Positions 52,046 to 62,369 of a stretch of DNA of 64,000 nucleotides are shown here, one piece after another; positions within the stretch are counted from its first letter, which is position 1, and each line of letters opens with the position of its first letter. The position numbers and the translations under genes are program-made. The notes under the pieces are model-generated. The model made no database searches. It had not been told where the DNA came from and worked only from the letters and a program-made list of their open reading frames with translations. Source of the stretch: a virus (lineage: Duplodnaviria; Heunggongvirae; Uroviricota; Caudoviricetes); the IMG/VR virus record IMGVR_UViG_3300042875_000419. One strand, given 5' to 3'.

Positions 52046-54484
52046 TTAGATTCCGAAACGACCACGGAGTGCGTTGAAGTTTTGGATTATTTCAGATTCT
52101 GTGAGTGCTCGGTTATATGCTTTCGCCAATGATATTTTACCAACAAATCTTTCTCCGTCGGTGGTTGATATTCCACCTATTCTGAGATATTGATAATCTG
52201 TAAAATCGGCCGATGCGCCGGCAGCATAATCAAAATTTCCATTAACACAATATCTTACACCGGATCCATCATAGGAAGCACAAACATATGACCATTGATT
52301 TATATTGACACTCAATGATGATGCACTATGTGGCCAAAATCCTAATGTATTGCCTGGATATATGTACAAAGCATCATCTGAATTGCTGTTAATTTGTATG
52401 ATGGCAACGTATCTTCCATTTACTGTTGGATATATTACTGCCTCAAGTGTGCTTGTTGGAATAGTTGTTGCTGGAAAAGTAGTATCAATTATATCATTGT
52501 CGAATACATAACACCCTCCATTATCGGAACTATATGTTGCTCCATTGACTGTGAGTGCAGAACCAATTTCACTCAAATCTCTGGGACCGATCCATTCTGT
52601 GGGTGTAAATGTTCCTGAGCCAGTGAAAGTGTGTATGGTATATCCACCAGATGATGTTATTGTGCCGCCAGTTGCTTTTTGACTTCCTGAATATCTGACG
52701 ATAACTATTCCAGAACCGCCATTGCCCCCAACAGATGTTGAGTGTGTACCACCGCCACCTCCACCGCCTGTATTGGTGCCACCATTGCCACCATTGGAAC
52801 TAATTACTGCTGTACCGGACCCTCCAGCATTTATTCCATTAGTATCGCCCGAACCTGCTGTGTAACCCGGATAACAGCTTCCGCCGCCACCGCCGCCCAA
52901 GCCGCCACTTCCTGCATTGTTTGTCCAAGATGCTCCGCCACCTCCTCCACCATAATAATAAGAAGTTCCATTTATAGAAGATTGATAACCTGCACCGCCT
53001 GCACCGGCCAGGCCACCAGAATAACGCCCTCCTGTACCCGGGCGCGTAGCACCTCCTCCGCCGCCCGCGCCATATGCATATGGCATAGCCGAACCTCCTG
53101 AGTAACCCTGAGGGACAGCCAAAGGTGCCGGATCTGTTCCCATACCTTTACCTTCACCACTTTTGGCTGAATCTCCACCGGCGCCACCTCCATTGCCACT
53201 TGTTCCATTTGCATTTCCAGAATAACCAATTGAACTACTGTGTCCTGATCCACCTCCACCTCCACCATAACCAACAACTTCACCAACTGATGAATTTCCT
53301 CCAGTTGATCCAGTGGCAGGATTACTTCCATAAGTTCCAGGTGATCCATTACCTCCTGCTCCTACGATTACACTCATCGGAGAATTTATTTGCACCGACA
53401 TGGCAGAATTATAAACTACACCTCCTGCACCTCCGCCGCCGCCCATGTCCATACCGCCACCTCCACCTCCAGCAACAACTAGAACCTCAACAGATAATCC
53501 TTTTCCTAAATTTGCAGGGTCCATAGAAAATATTATTGAGTTTCTGTTATCAGCTAAACCGTTAAAGGTGGATGTTCCTAAAGATTTAAGGTGTCGTATG
53601 ATGACGATACCTGAGCCGCCATTGCCTCCTCGATTATTTCGGTTATAATGCATCCCTCCTCCACCGCCGCCGCCGGTGCTTTTACCACCATCACCTCCTG
53701 GTGAATTAACCCAATCACCTCCACCTCCTGCTCCAGCATTTCTTCCAGGATTTAATCCATTTGTATCTCCGATTCCATTAGATGAACCGCCACCGCCTCC
53801 ACCCAAGCCTCCGTTGCCACCGACACCGCTACTATAACCTGCGCCACCCCCGCCACCTGCCCAATAATAGTTTCTGCCACCACCTAAAATATTATTCAGT
53901 AAACCTGCGCCGCCGTTTGCTGTGCCACCATTGGAACCGGCTGCACCTGCGCCGCCGCCGCCACCCGAATAATATTGACCTACACTTGTGCCGCCAGCAT
54001 TTCCTTGTCCCGCTGTTCCTGCACCATTTCTTCCCGTATTTCCATCAGAGTATCCTGATGCGCCACCGCCAGACCCACCAGTGTTTCCATATCCGTAGTT
54101 TGGTGTATATCCAAAATATGAACTACCGCCGTATCCACCACCAACTGCTGTGAGTGAGCCAAAAACTGAATTGCCTCCATTTGTTGCGCTAGTTGTGAAT
54201 TGGTGTCCCCATGGTTGTGGTGGACCACCTGCCGGAGCACCAACTCCACCAGCACCCACTGTTACTGTGATTGGTGTTCCTGCTGTAACTGATTCTGTTG
54301 TACTTGTGAGTACGCCACCGCCGCCACCTCCACCACCCATGTCCATACCACCACCTCCACCTCCAGCAACAACTAGAACCTCAACCGTTCCTGTAAAGTT
54401 GGGTAAAAAAGTCCCTGAACCAGTACAAACGTGTACTTGAAAGTTACTGTCACGGACAAGATTTGGACCTGAAGATACACCCAT
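52046..54484 (-). CDS. Gly-rich repeat fibre protein with C-terminal LamG/ConA-like domain
   Basis: Two [13 protein letters not shown] modules, YTIHTFT.SGTF, YNRALT..EI.QNFNA.RGRFGI. Confidence 0.88.
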   Translation of the reverse strand: MGVSSGPNLVRDSNFQVHVCTGSGTFLPNFTGTVEVLVVAGGGGGGMDMGGGGGGGGVLTSTTESVTAGTPITVTVGAGGVGAPAGGPPQPWGHQFTTSATNGGNSVFGSLTAVGGGYGGSSYFGYTPNYGYGNTGGSGGGASGYSDGNTGRNGAGTAGQGNAGGTSVGQYYSGGGGGAGAAGSNGGTANGGAGLLNNILGGGRNYYWAGGGGGAGYSSGVGGNGGLGGGGGGSSNGIGDTNGLNPGRNAGAGGGGDWVNSPGGDGGKSTGGGGGGGMHYNRNNRGGNGGSGIVIIRHLKSLGTSTFNGLADNRNSIIFSMDPANLGKGLSVEVLVVAGGGGGGMDMGGGGGAGGVVYNSAMSVQINSPMSVIVGAGGNGSPGTYGSNPATGSTGGNSSVGEVVGYGGGGGGSGHSSSIGYSGNANGTSGNGGGAGGDSAKSGEGKGMGTDPAPLAVPQGYSGGSAMPYAYGAGGGGGATRPGTGGRYSGGLAGAGGAGYQSSINGTSYYYGGGGGGASWTNNAGSGGLGGGGGGSCYPGYTAGSGDTNGINAGGSGTAVISSNGGNGGTNTGGGGGGGTHSTSVGGNGGSGIVIVRYSGSQKATGGTITSSGGYTIHTFTGSGTFTPTEWIGPRDLSEIGSALTVNGATYSSDNGGCYVFDNDIIDTTFPATTIPTSTLEAVIYPTVNGRYVAIIQINSNSDDALYIYPGNTLGFWPHSASSLSVNINQWSYVCASYDGSGVRYCVNGNFDYAAGASADFTDYQYLRIGGISTTDGERFVGKISLAKAYNRALTESEIIQNFNALRGRFGI

Positions 54485-54861
54485 CAGACTTCTCCGATAG
54501 GTGATGGCAGAATGTTAGCGCCTTCTTTCCAATTCTGAAGGTCTTCATCCCAAATTAAATTCTCTCCATTTTCTGGTCTAGGTATTGGTGGTTTCCATAG
54601 TCCAGTTTCTGTATCTAGAATCCAACTCTCAAAAAGTTTTGGCGGTACAAATGCATCAATGTCTGCAAAATAATTATAACCAACACCTGCATAATTTTTT
54701 CTAAGAGGTGTGCCACCCGTGCGATGTGTACCACCAAAAGTGTTGTATGACGTTTGAATCCAAGTTGATGGGTCACCAACTGCACCAGAATCAATAAATT
54801 CTTGACCGGCTACAATCACATTTGTGACGATTCCGTTTTCTACTTTTGCGTAATGTGCCAT
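54484..54861 (-). CDS. Small tail-associated hypothetical protein
   Basis: MAHYAK, W.QTSYN, RKNYAG.G, W.LD..T..W.PP.P.P; likely start MAHYAK. Confidence 0.8.
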   Translation of the reverse strand: MAHYAKVENGIVTNVIVAGQEFIDSGAVGDPSTWIQTSYNTFGGTHRTGGTPLRKNYAGVGYNYFADIDAFVPPKLFESWILDTETGLWKPPIPRPENGENLIWDEDLQNWKEGANILPSPIGEV

Positions 54862-55058
54862 TATTCTATACCCCACTTGTTTAAAGGACAAATTTTAAAT
54901 TTATAAGTCGTTACATAATCAATCGGACATGCACACATATGACAGGTTTCTATGTCATTCATAAGCGTTTTCTTTTCACAAGAATTGCATAGACTTCTTC
55001 TATGTTGTTCTTCCTCATGTGTTGTCATAATTCCAAAATTATTAGGATCTTCAATCAT
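54861..55058 (-). CDS. Small Cys-rich zinc-binding protein
   Basis: R...CNSC, CHMCAC, CPLNKW. Confidence 0.75.
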   Translation of the reverse strand: MIEDPNNFGIMTTHEEEQHRRSLCNSCEKKTLMNDIETCHMCACPIDYVTTYKFKICPLNKWGIE

Positions 55059-56620
55059 ATACCATATCTTCCACGTTGTGCATTAAAGTTTTGATTAATT
55101 TCATTAGCTGATAGTTGCCGATTGTATATTGAAACTATAGGCATAATACCATTAAAATAGTCGTCTGCATTTCCATGACCTAATCCAATCCTACCATTTG
55201 ATGCTGGATTAGTGTTAGGGATGTTGCCAATAGACCTTGATGTATATAACGCACCATTTTTGTAAATCGCAGATGTTCCGTTAATTTTCCAAGTGAAACA
55301 CATATTTGTCCAAGTGTTTAACGGTATAACTGACGATACACTACCAAACGATAAGTCATTACTACAACAATCACTTCCATTACCTAATCTAAAATAAAAG
55401 CTGTCACTGTAAGGACCTATCCAAAACCAATCTGTTGCATTTGCAGTTGAGTCTTCTCTATTTACAAAATAACCATTACCTCCATTATATCTTGTTGGAT
55501 AAACCCAAAAGTTCATAGTTCCTTCGGTTTTATTAAGGAAACTATTGGGTATTTGAATATAACTAGGATTTGCATATGAAAACTGAAACGTGCCGTCAGA
55601 ATTATAAACCAAATTGCCGGCAATGGCAGAATTATTTCCAGTTACATCACTAATGGTGGTTTGAGAGTTGGTCAATCGCAAACTGACATCTTGTATAAAT
55701 ATTGTGCCGCCTGTCTGTACTATATTTTGTAGGTCGTTATTAAAAGATGCACCCAAATGTATGTTGAAAGAACCTGTGTTTGTGGTGCCAGTAATATAAA
55801 TTCTTCTCCATTCTGTGCTAGAAAAACCAGCAAACACTTCTCCGGGTCCAGTGTTCCACGCCGAGGTATTATTCATAGTAACTATAAGATTACTCGCAGT
55901 TCCAGATTTCACTAAAGCAGACCAAGTATAATTCACTCCAGCGGTCAACCCGCTGTATGTCTTGTATAAGTCCCATCCACCCTTGTTGTTATATGAACCT
56001 GACGCAAAAGTTAATGTTCCTCCACTAGCACTAGAACCTGATAGAGTATTCCAAGATGGAAAACTCGGCGTAGATTCAAGGTTATTGTTTGCGAATCTTG
56101 TGCCAAGAACAAACGGTGTTGCAAATGTAGATTCTTCAAACTGTGGAGCAGCTATTTGAATAGTTCCTACTTGATTAAGTCTGTATATTCTGATATATTG
56201 AACAGTACCAGTCATAACAGATACTGTGCCAGTATATCGTTGCCATTGTTGTGTCAGTGTGCCGCTACCAAAATTCCACCAGCCACCGTCAGGTCCTGTG
56301 CCGTCAAACACATACATTAAATATGTAGATTGTGCGCCGGGACTTCTCATCCAAAGTGAATAAGTAAATGTTTTTCCTGTTGCGGCTGTACTGGTTGTGC
56401 CTAATGTTAACACTGCATAATCTGTACTGTAAGATGCATATCCTGTGACATTTTTTCCTCCGATTCCTTGAGGAATATCATCTGTAATTACATTAATAGC
56501 AGCGTTAGGATTTGAAACTAAATTGATAGTAGGTCTGCCCTGCCACGACTTCTGTGGATTGCTCATGTCATAGTAAAAAGCGAGACCGTTGGTCACTATT
56601 TGGGGTGAGTGTGCTAGTGA
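55055..56620 (-). CDS. LamG/carbohydrate-binding-domain virion protein
   Basis: P.IVTNGL....D, jelly-roll segments, YNRQLSA.EI.QNFNA.RGRYGI; likely start MSLAHSP. Confidence 0.85.
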   Translation of the reverse strand, partial: SLAHSPQIVTNGLAFYYDMSNPQKSWQGRPTINLVSNPNAAINVITDDIPQGIGGKNVTGYASYSTDYAVLTLGTTSTAATGKTFTYSLWMRSPGAQSTYLMYVFDGTGPDGGWWNFGSGTLTQQWQRYTGTVSVMTGTVQYIRIYRLNQVGTIQIAAPQFEESTFATPFVLGTRFANNNLESTPSFPSWNTLSGSSASGGTLTFASGSYNNKGGWDLYKTYSGLTAGVNYTWSALVKSGTASNLIVTMNNTSAWNTGPGEVFAGFSSTEWRRIYITGTTNTGSFNIHLGASFNNDLQNIVQTGGTIFIQDVSLRLTNSQTTISDVTGNNSAIAGNLVYNSDGTFQFSYANPSYIQIPNSFLNKTEGTMNFWVYPTRYNGGNGYFVNREDSTANATDWFWIGPYSDSFYFRLGNGSDCCSNDLSFGSVSSVIPLNTWTNMCFTWKINGTSAIYKNGALYTSRSIGNIPNTNPASNGRIGLGHGNADDYFNGIMPIVSIYNRQLSANEINQNFNAQRGRYGI

Positions 56621-56624
56621 CATA

Positions 56625-56840
56625 TTATATAAATCTTTCCACTTCAACAATATTCCACCACGGAGCATTTTTTAGCTGTTGCTCCCAATCATCAAAATGC
56701 TGTTTATTATTTTGGTCCTCATGCAATTTTAATCCCAATTGCTGAAATACTACATTGCCATCCAAATCTGTAATAACTTTATTCCAGGTGTCACAATCTC
56801 TAGAAATAATTAACTTCATAGGTTTTAAAGTAATTTTCAT
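56625..56840 (-). CDS. Small hypothetical protein
   Basis: 71 aa, coupled to neighbours. Confidence 0.65.
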   Translation of the reverse strand: MKITLKPMKLIISRDCDTWNKVITDLDGNVVFQQLGLKLHEDQNNKQHFDDWEQQLKNAPWWNIVEVERFI

Positions 56841-57559
56841 TTTATATACACTGCTCCATATTGATACAGATCAGATCCTGCGCCTGTCCAATTTGGAAAA
56901 TTCGCATATCCTCCACCATTAGGGAAATAAAATCCATCCCAACAGGCCCCAAACCACCATGGTGTGTTTCCATAGAATGTAGCACAGTTTGATCCGTGAG
57001 CATCTTGATCTAAATCGAAAGCACTTAAACTAAAACCGTTTAATGCGTGATATGAATAAAATCCAGGTGCACCAGTTGCTGTTTCATCACTAATTGCAGC
57101 AGCACCCACCATACCATATGTGGTGTTAAAGTTGTCAAATCTCCATCGATATCTTTTGTTGTGTGAACCCGTTGAATTTAAAGCTACGCCGTTAGAACCA
57201 GCAACAAATTGAACAACTGTTACTTTATTTGCAGTCACTCTTCCAGATAGAATTGACCAAAATTTAGTACCAAGCCACATATCATAATTGCTTAATCCTG
57301 ACAGTTTACTTCCTATTGATACTGGTGTATTGGAATTGGTTCTAATATTACAAGTATTTACTGCATCATTATAAGTCAAGTTACTCATTGCACCTTGACC
57401 AGCTCTATTTGCCAAAGCAAGTACCCAGCCGCCACCATCATATTCTTGGTTAACATACGTATGCACAGGTCCTAAACTTGTATTGATCCAATACCAACCT
57501 GAAGGTCCAGTTATTTCCGAAACTGAATTGTATCTGCCATTATAATTAATCGCCATCTC
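56837..57559 (-). CDS. Fibrinogen C-terminal-like (FReD) domain protein
   Basis: Y.GGGWVL; SAFDLDQD....NCA......WWFGAC; likely start MAINYNG. Confidence 0.75.
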   Translation of the reverse strand, partial: EMAINYNGRYNSVSEITGPSGWYWINTSLGPVHTYVNQEYDGGGWVLALANRAGQGAMSNLTYNDAVNTCNIRTNSNTPVSIGSKLSGLSNYDMWLGTKFWSILSGRVTANKVTVVQFVAGSNGVALNSTGSHNKRYRWRFDNFNTTYGMVGAAAISDETATGAPGFYSYHALNGFSLSAFDLDQDAHGSNCATFYGNTPWWFGACWDGFYFPNGGGYANFPNWTGAGSDLYQYGAVYIK

Positions 57560-59807
57560 TCTCAGTCTCCACCACAAGTTTCTCAATATCCACACGTTCA
57601 GCCCAGACTGTGAAGAAACAATCTACATCTCTTTCACCACCAACGTAAATAACATTATCGACAATATCATGAACATATATTTGTTGAAAGCTACCTATCG
57701 GTGTTAAATTCACAGTGATCGAATTCGGATCAACTAATTTAGTCCAATATTCCGGCAACTCAATTGTGTTTGAACCAGTGAGTCTGCCTCTAGCATAGAC
57801 ACCATTTTCTGGACCTTCAAGCACACCATACACCAACATCTTACCTTCTTTGGTTGGATGTGGTATTCTGAATGACTTTGCAACAGCGAATAGTGTTCCA
57901 GTACTTGGATTAAAATACACTGCATTAGTTGCAGAGACAAACGGTGTCTGATTCGAACCGGCAGCATTCACACCAACAATGTATGATGTTTGTGATGTTG
58001 TTGTATTTGTTGCATTGATAGCGGTCGACGGTCCTATTGGACCAATAGGACCTTGTGGACCTGATGGTCCAATTGGGCCAATGGGTCCGATAGGACCCTG
58101 TGGTCCTGATGGACCAATAGGTCCGATAGGTCCCTGTGGTCCGATAGGTCCAATAGGTCCGATGGGTCCCTGTGGTCCAGTATTACCGATGGGTCCGATG
58201 GGTCCCAGTGGTCCAGTATTACCAATAGGTCCGATGGGTCCCTGTGGTCCGATAGGTCCAATAGGTCCGATGGGTCCTTGTGGTCCAGTATTACCAATAG
58301 GTCCGATGGGTCCTTGTGGTCCAGTATTACCAATAGGTCCGATGGGTCCCTGTGGTCCGATAGGTCCAATAGGTCCTAATGGTCCGATGGGTCCCTGTGG
58401 TCCGATAGGTCCAATAGGTCCGATGGGTCCTTGTGGTCCAGTATTACCAATAGGTCCGATGGGTCCCTGTGGTCCGATGGGTCCCTGTGGTCCAGTATTA
58501 CCAATAGGTCCGATGGGTCCCTGTGGTCCGATAGGTCCAATAGGTCCGATGGGTCCTTGTGGTCCGATAGGTCCAATAGGTCCTTGATTACCAATAGGTC
58601 CGATAGGTCCCTGTGGTCCGATAGGTCCAATGGGTCCGATGGGTCCCTGTGGTCCAGTATTACCGATGGGTCCAATCGGTCCGATTGGTCCAGTATTACC
58701 AATAGGTCCGATGGGTCCTTGTGGTCCGATAGGTCCAATAGGTCCTTGTGGTCCAGTATTACCAATAGGTCCGATTGGACCGATAGGTCCGATTGGACCG
58801 ATAGGTCCTTGTGGTCCTGTTGGACCGATAGGTCCTTGTGGTCCTGTTGGACCTCCAGCCAAAAGATTCGTGTTTACGCCAGAAGATGCCGCAGTTATGT
58901 CAATGTATGCTCCCCGAGCAGTACCACCTTGTTCGAAAAATCTTAATCTATTTTGGTATACATCAATTGTTACGCCTGTGCCAATTAAAGTAGTATTCGA
59001 AACAGCTTTAGCTAAAAGAATTTCACCACCTTCATCACCGGCAGATTGAGTTACACTGAGTAAATTTGTGCTAAGTATGCCAGTTGATTCATCCCATGTT
59101 AAACGTGAATCTGCACCAGCAACACCGGCGTCATTGTAAATAATTTGCGTGTTTGATCCAGCAATTGGTCCTGTTGGTCCAGTAGGTCCAATTGGTCCGA
59201 TAGGTCCAATAGGTCCTTGATTACCAATAGGTCCAATCGGTCCAATCGGTCCTTGTGGTCCTGTGTTGCCGATTGGTCCAATAGGTCCTGTTGGACCATC
59301 CAAGCCTGTGGGTCCTTGTGGTCCAGTATTACCGATGGGTCCAATCGGTCCGATTGGTCCAGTATTACCAATAGGTCCAATGGGTCCGATGGGTCCTTGT
59401 GGTCCAGTTGGACCTGGAGTCAATGAAATGTTATTGGCGTAATCAAATGATGCTTGTGCAGTAAGATTTGCACTATTGGCTTTACTGAAAGCCGCATTAA
59501 TAATTGGCGATAGTGTTTCACCGATGATAATTTTATCGTTCGATGAATAACCAGTAAGTGTAATGCCATTGGTACTCTCGAACGATAGAATGTCTGTTGC
59601 TGATGTGGGTACTAAGAGTGTACCATTCACATTCACCGACTCGAAAACATCCTGTAGGCGAATCGTTTTGATTTGATTCGACTCATTTTTATAATAGATA
59701 ATACCATCATTGTAGTTGATGGCTAATTCACCATAATTTAAACCATTCGCAACAGGAACGTTACCCGTTTCACCTGATTTCTTAATCTGAATTACTGTAT
59801 TCGACAT
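57546..59807 (-). CDS. Collagen-like fibre protein with Mtd_N-like anchor and chaperone-like C-terminus
   Basis: VIQIKKS...P....[11 protein letters not shown]; long GPI/GNT runs; KSFRIPHP...L.YG.LEGPE.GVY.RG. Confidence 0.88.
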   Translation of the reverse strand: MSNTVIQIKKSGETGNVPVANGLNYGELAINYNDGIIYYKNESNQIKTIRLQDVFESVNVNGTLLVPTSATDILSFESTNGITLTGYSSNDKIIIGETLSPIINAAFSKANSANLTAQASFDYANNISLTPGPTGPQGPIGPIGPIGNTGPIGPIGPIGNTGPQGPTGLDGPTGPIGPIGNTGPQGPIGPIGPIGNQGPIGPIGPIGPTGPTGPIAGSNTQIIYNDAGVAGADSRLTWDESTGILSTNLLSVTQSAGDEGGEILLAKAVSNTTLIGTGVTIDVYQNRLRFFEQGGTARGAYIDITAASSGVNTNLLAGGPTGPQGPIGPTGPQGPIGPIGPIGPIGPIGNTGPQGPIGPIGPQGPIGPIGNTGPIGPIGPIGNTGPQGPIGPIGPIGPQGPIGPIGNQGPIGPIGPQGPIGPIGPIGPQGPIGPIGNTGPQGPIGPQGPIGPIGNTGPQGPIGPIGPIGPQGPIGPLGPIGPIGPQGPIGPIGNTGPQGPIGPIGNTGPQGPIGPIGPIGPQGPIGPIGNTGPLGPIGPIGNTGPQGPIGPIGPIGPQGPIGPIGPSGPQGPIGPIGPIGPSGPQGPIGPIGPSTAINATNTTTSQTSYIVGVNAAGSNQTPFVSATNAVYFNPSTGTLFAVAKSFRIPHPTKEGKMLVYGVLEGPENGVYARGRLTGSNTIELPEYWTKLVDPNSITVNLTPIGSFQQIYVHDIVDNVIYVGGERDVDCFFTVWAERVDIEKLVVETERDGD
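58027..59415 (-). repeat. Collagen-like Gly-Pro-X / Gly-Asn-Thr repeats (two blocks)
   Basis: Blocks ~58027-58860 and ~59165-59415. Confidence 0.92.
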
Positions 59808-60346
59808 TAAAAGCTACCGGCGTCCTCAGTTATTATTGTTTCTTTGAATGGAATTTTTTTGCCAATTTTTTTAGACTCAATTTCATTTTTCAAATTTCGG
59901 GCTAGTTCAGTCGTCAAAGATTCAATAATTTTTATCTTCTCATTTAATTCAAATTCAAAAGTTTTAGTCTTCTCCATTATTTGAGATTCAAGTTCATTAA
60001 TTTTTATGACTAAATTCTCATTATGTTTTCTTGATTTAACTAATTCATTTTTAAAAGTATCAATGTGTTCAGCATTTTTTTTGAGTTCACTTGATTCTGA
60101 AGCGACTACATCTTTTTGTTTTCTTATTTCACCCAATTGGTGTTTGAGAGAATCAATTTCATTTTGTTTTATAGAAATTTCTTGTATGTTTTTATTTTCA
60201 AAATGTCTTAAACTTTCGGACGCAACATGCAAATCTTCTTCTGCAATTTTTTTCTGAGTTTGCAGAACAAGATTTTTCTGTATAGATTCTGTGACTGTTG
60301 CCGATAATAATTCAATATATGCTTGAATAAATTTTTCTTGATTCAT
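59807..60346 (-). CDS. Coiled-coil hypothetical protein
   Basis: Charged heptad pattern, 179 aa. Confidence 0.8.
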   Translation of the reverse strand: MNQEKFIQAYIELLSATVTESIQKNLVLQTQKKIAEEDLHVASESLRHFENKNIQEISIKQNEIDSLKHQLGEIRKQKDVVASESSELKKNAEHIDTFKNELVKSRKHNENLVIKINELESQIMEKTKTFEFELNEKIKIIESLTTELARNLKNEIESKKIGKKIPFKETIITEDAGSF

Positions 60347-60373
60347 ACTATATCTCCATCAATTATTTGGTAT

Positions 60374-61687
60374 TTAGAATGTGCCTCCATCAAGCCCACC
60401 AAATTTAACACCGTCTGTGCGGTATTGTAAAACTTGCCCTGCTGTTGGTGCGTTTGTTATTCCAAATGCATCTGTTCCATTACCAAATAATACAGCGTTT
60501 GCTGTAACTGTTTGTAGCCCAGTACCACCAAAAGATACGGGTAATGCAAAACCTGCACCTAATATTTGTGTGTTATTAATATAAATGGATGCAAGATTAC
60601 CTGTAGTTGCATTTAATGTCGTAACATTAATTGAAGCAGCAGTTAATAGATTAACAATGTTGGCTGATCCAGTATTCAGTGTGGTATTAGCGGTGATAGT
60701 TCCAGACAATAAACTTGTGTTTGCTACAACTGTATCAATTCTAGCAGAGTTGGCATCCAGAAGACCAATGACATTGGCGGAGCCAGCATTCAATTGAGTA
60801 TTGGCCGTGATAGTACCACCTAGCAAACTGGTATTAGCAATGATTGTACCAATTCTAGCAGAGCCGGCATCCAGAAGACCAATGACATTGGCGGAGCCAG
60901 CATTCAATTGAGTGTTTACGGTAGCAACGTTGAATATTGTTGTTCCGCCAATTGATTGACCGCCACCCGTATCAACAATATCATAGTTTGTGCCAATAGC
61001 TTTATCAATTTGCCAATTATCAGTTGCTTCGTTCCAGATGATTGCTGCATTGTCGGCTGCACCACGGTTAACTGTGATGTATGCATTGATGAGTGGATAG
61101 CCAGCGGCGTTTGCATTCAATACAATATCATTATTAGACACTAACAACGATTGTACGTTAGTATAAGATGTTGTACCTTTAACTAATAAGTTACCAGTAA
61201 CAGTTACGTCTTGTACAAAAGATGCTGTATTTTGCGTAAATGTTGCAACTGTTGCATTATTTGCAACAATAATAACTTGTCCACCACCAACAGTGTTTGA
61301 TGCATGTACATTAGAATAACCGGATGTGCCTATGTCTCCTGCATATATTGTGTTTGATGATACTGCATTTATTCTGGTATCTAAGTAACTCTTATTGACA
61401 GCATCTGTAGATTGTGAAGCGTCATCGGCAATCGACACCATCTTGAACGCAACATTACCTGCTGTGTCACGGCGAACAATTGTATTGCCTGTGTTCGAAG
61501 AGGTGGCATTATCAAGTAGATTGACATAGTATTTACCACCAATTGTAATTACAGTGTTATTTGTATTACCTACAAATAATTTGTCTGATACGTATGAGTA
61601 TGCTTGTTCACCTGGATTTAATGTGTTAGGTAAAGAAGTTACGTCTGAACGTAAAATTTGAATGATTGTGTTTGTTGCGCCTGCCAT
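60374..61687 (-). CDS. Tail-fibre/baseplate structural protein
   Basis: IQILRS....P..L..GE.AY, DGGTF C-terminus, internal 38-aa repeat. Confidence 0.82.
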   Translation of the reverse strand: MAGATNTIIQILRSDVTSLPNTLNPGEQAYSYVSDKLFVGNTNNTVITIGGKYYVNLLDNATSSNTGNTIVRRDTAGNVAFKMVSIADDASQSTDAVNKSYLDTRINAVSSNTIYAGDIGTSGYSNVHASNTVGGGQVIIVANNATVATFTQNTASFVQDVTVTGNLLVKGTTSYTNVQSLLVSNNDIVLNANAAGYPLINAYITVNRGAADNAAIIWNEATDNWQIDKAIGTNYDIVDTGGGQSIGGTTIFNVATVNTQLNAGSANVIGLLDAGSARIGTIIANTSLLGGTITANTQLNAGSANVIGLLDANSARIDTVVANTSLLSGTITANTTLNTGSANIVNLLTAASINVTTLNATTGNLASIYINNTQILGAGFALPVSFGGTGLQTVTANAVLFGNGTDAFGITNAPTAGQVLQYRTDGVKFGGLDGGTF

Positions 61688-61962
61688 TAGAATGTGCCTC
61701 CGTTTAAGCGTGGTATATTTTGAACCACGAATTTTTGTATTGTGCTGTCATATGTCAAAACCGAATTATTATTTGCCGAGTTCAAAATCTCAACATCGAT
61801 TGCATCTGCTATAATAACATCAGTTGGGTTTGGTAAATAATTAAAAGATTTTACTCTTTGTGTATTTCCGGGATTAACTGAAACTTTTACTCCACCCGTA
61901 GAAACATTGGCCGTAGGAAAGGGGCTTGTTAGTACCTTTATTTTACTTATAACCTGAGACAT
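61687..61962 (-). CDS. Small structural hypothetical protein
   Basis: N.SVL.YD...QKF and LNGGTF motifs. Confidence 0.75.
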   Translation of the reverse strand: MSQVISKIKVLTSPFPTANVSTGGVKVSVNPGNTQRVKSFNYLPNPTDVIIADAIDVEILNSANNNSVLTYDSTIQKFVVQNIPRLNGGTF

Positions 61963-62315
61963 TATAACATTCCAGTTGTCTTAGTTACCTGCGGAGATAC
62001 ATTTACGATACCCTCTAACACACGAACCCTTGTTTGATTATTAGTTACATAAACATCATACACGTATCTTCCGGGATAAACGTTTGCTGTGTTTGCAGAA
62101 TCTAGTGATATGGTTATAATACCGAGTGCTGAGTTTGCCCCTGTTGATACTGAGAATGTTGCGGCCGCATTTGATGAGTAATATGATTTACGCATCTGTG
62201 ACGTAGCAGTATATGTAGCAAGGTTGAACGACACTCCGGCAACATCATCCAATTCAATGGATGCGTTGAATGATGAGCCTTGCTCTAAGAATAGTTCTGA
62301 ATAACCCGCAGGCAT
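61962..62315 (-). CDS. Beta-sandwich baseplate/fibre adaptor protein
   Basis: EQGSSF, L..YTA.SQMRKSY.S, GRYVYDV, RVLEG...V.P.VT. Confidence 0.82.
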   Translation of the reverse strand: MPAGYSELFLEQGSSFNASIELDDVAGVSFNLATYTATSQMRKSYYSSNAAATFSVSTGANSALGIITISLDSANTANVYPGRYVYDVYVTNNQTRVRVLEGIVNVSPQVTKTTGML

Positions 62316-62369
62316 GTTGTTGTTCCTTTTAATATGGTATATTTATTGTCTTCTAGAATTCAAAAAACC

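Noticed and set aside
49691-52077. Long alternative-frame ORFs (50120-50974, 50190-51035, 51106-51606, 51175-52077)
   Set aside because: They are shadows of the periodic 17-aa and collagen repeats of the real minus-strand gene and have no RBS context or domain content
57979-59426. GPC/GPM-rich plus-strand ORFs and DLSDH-repeat ORFs
   Set aside because: Antisense and off-frame products of the collagen repeat
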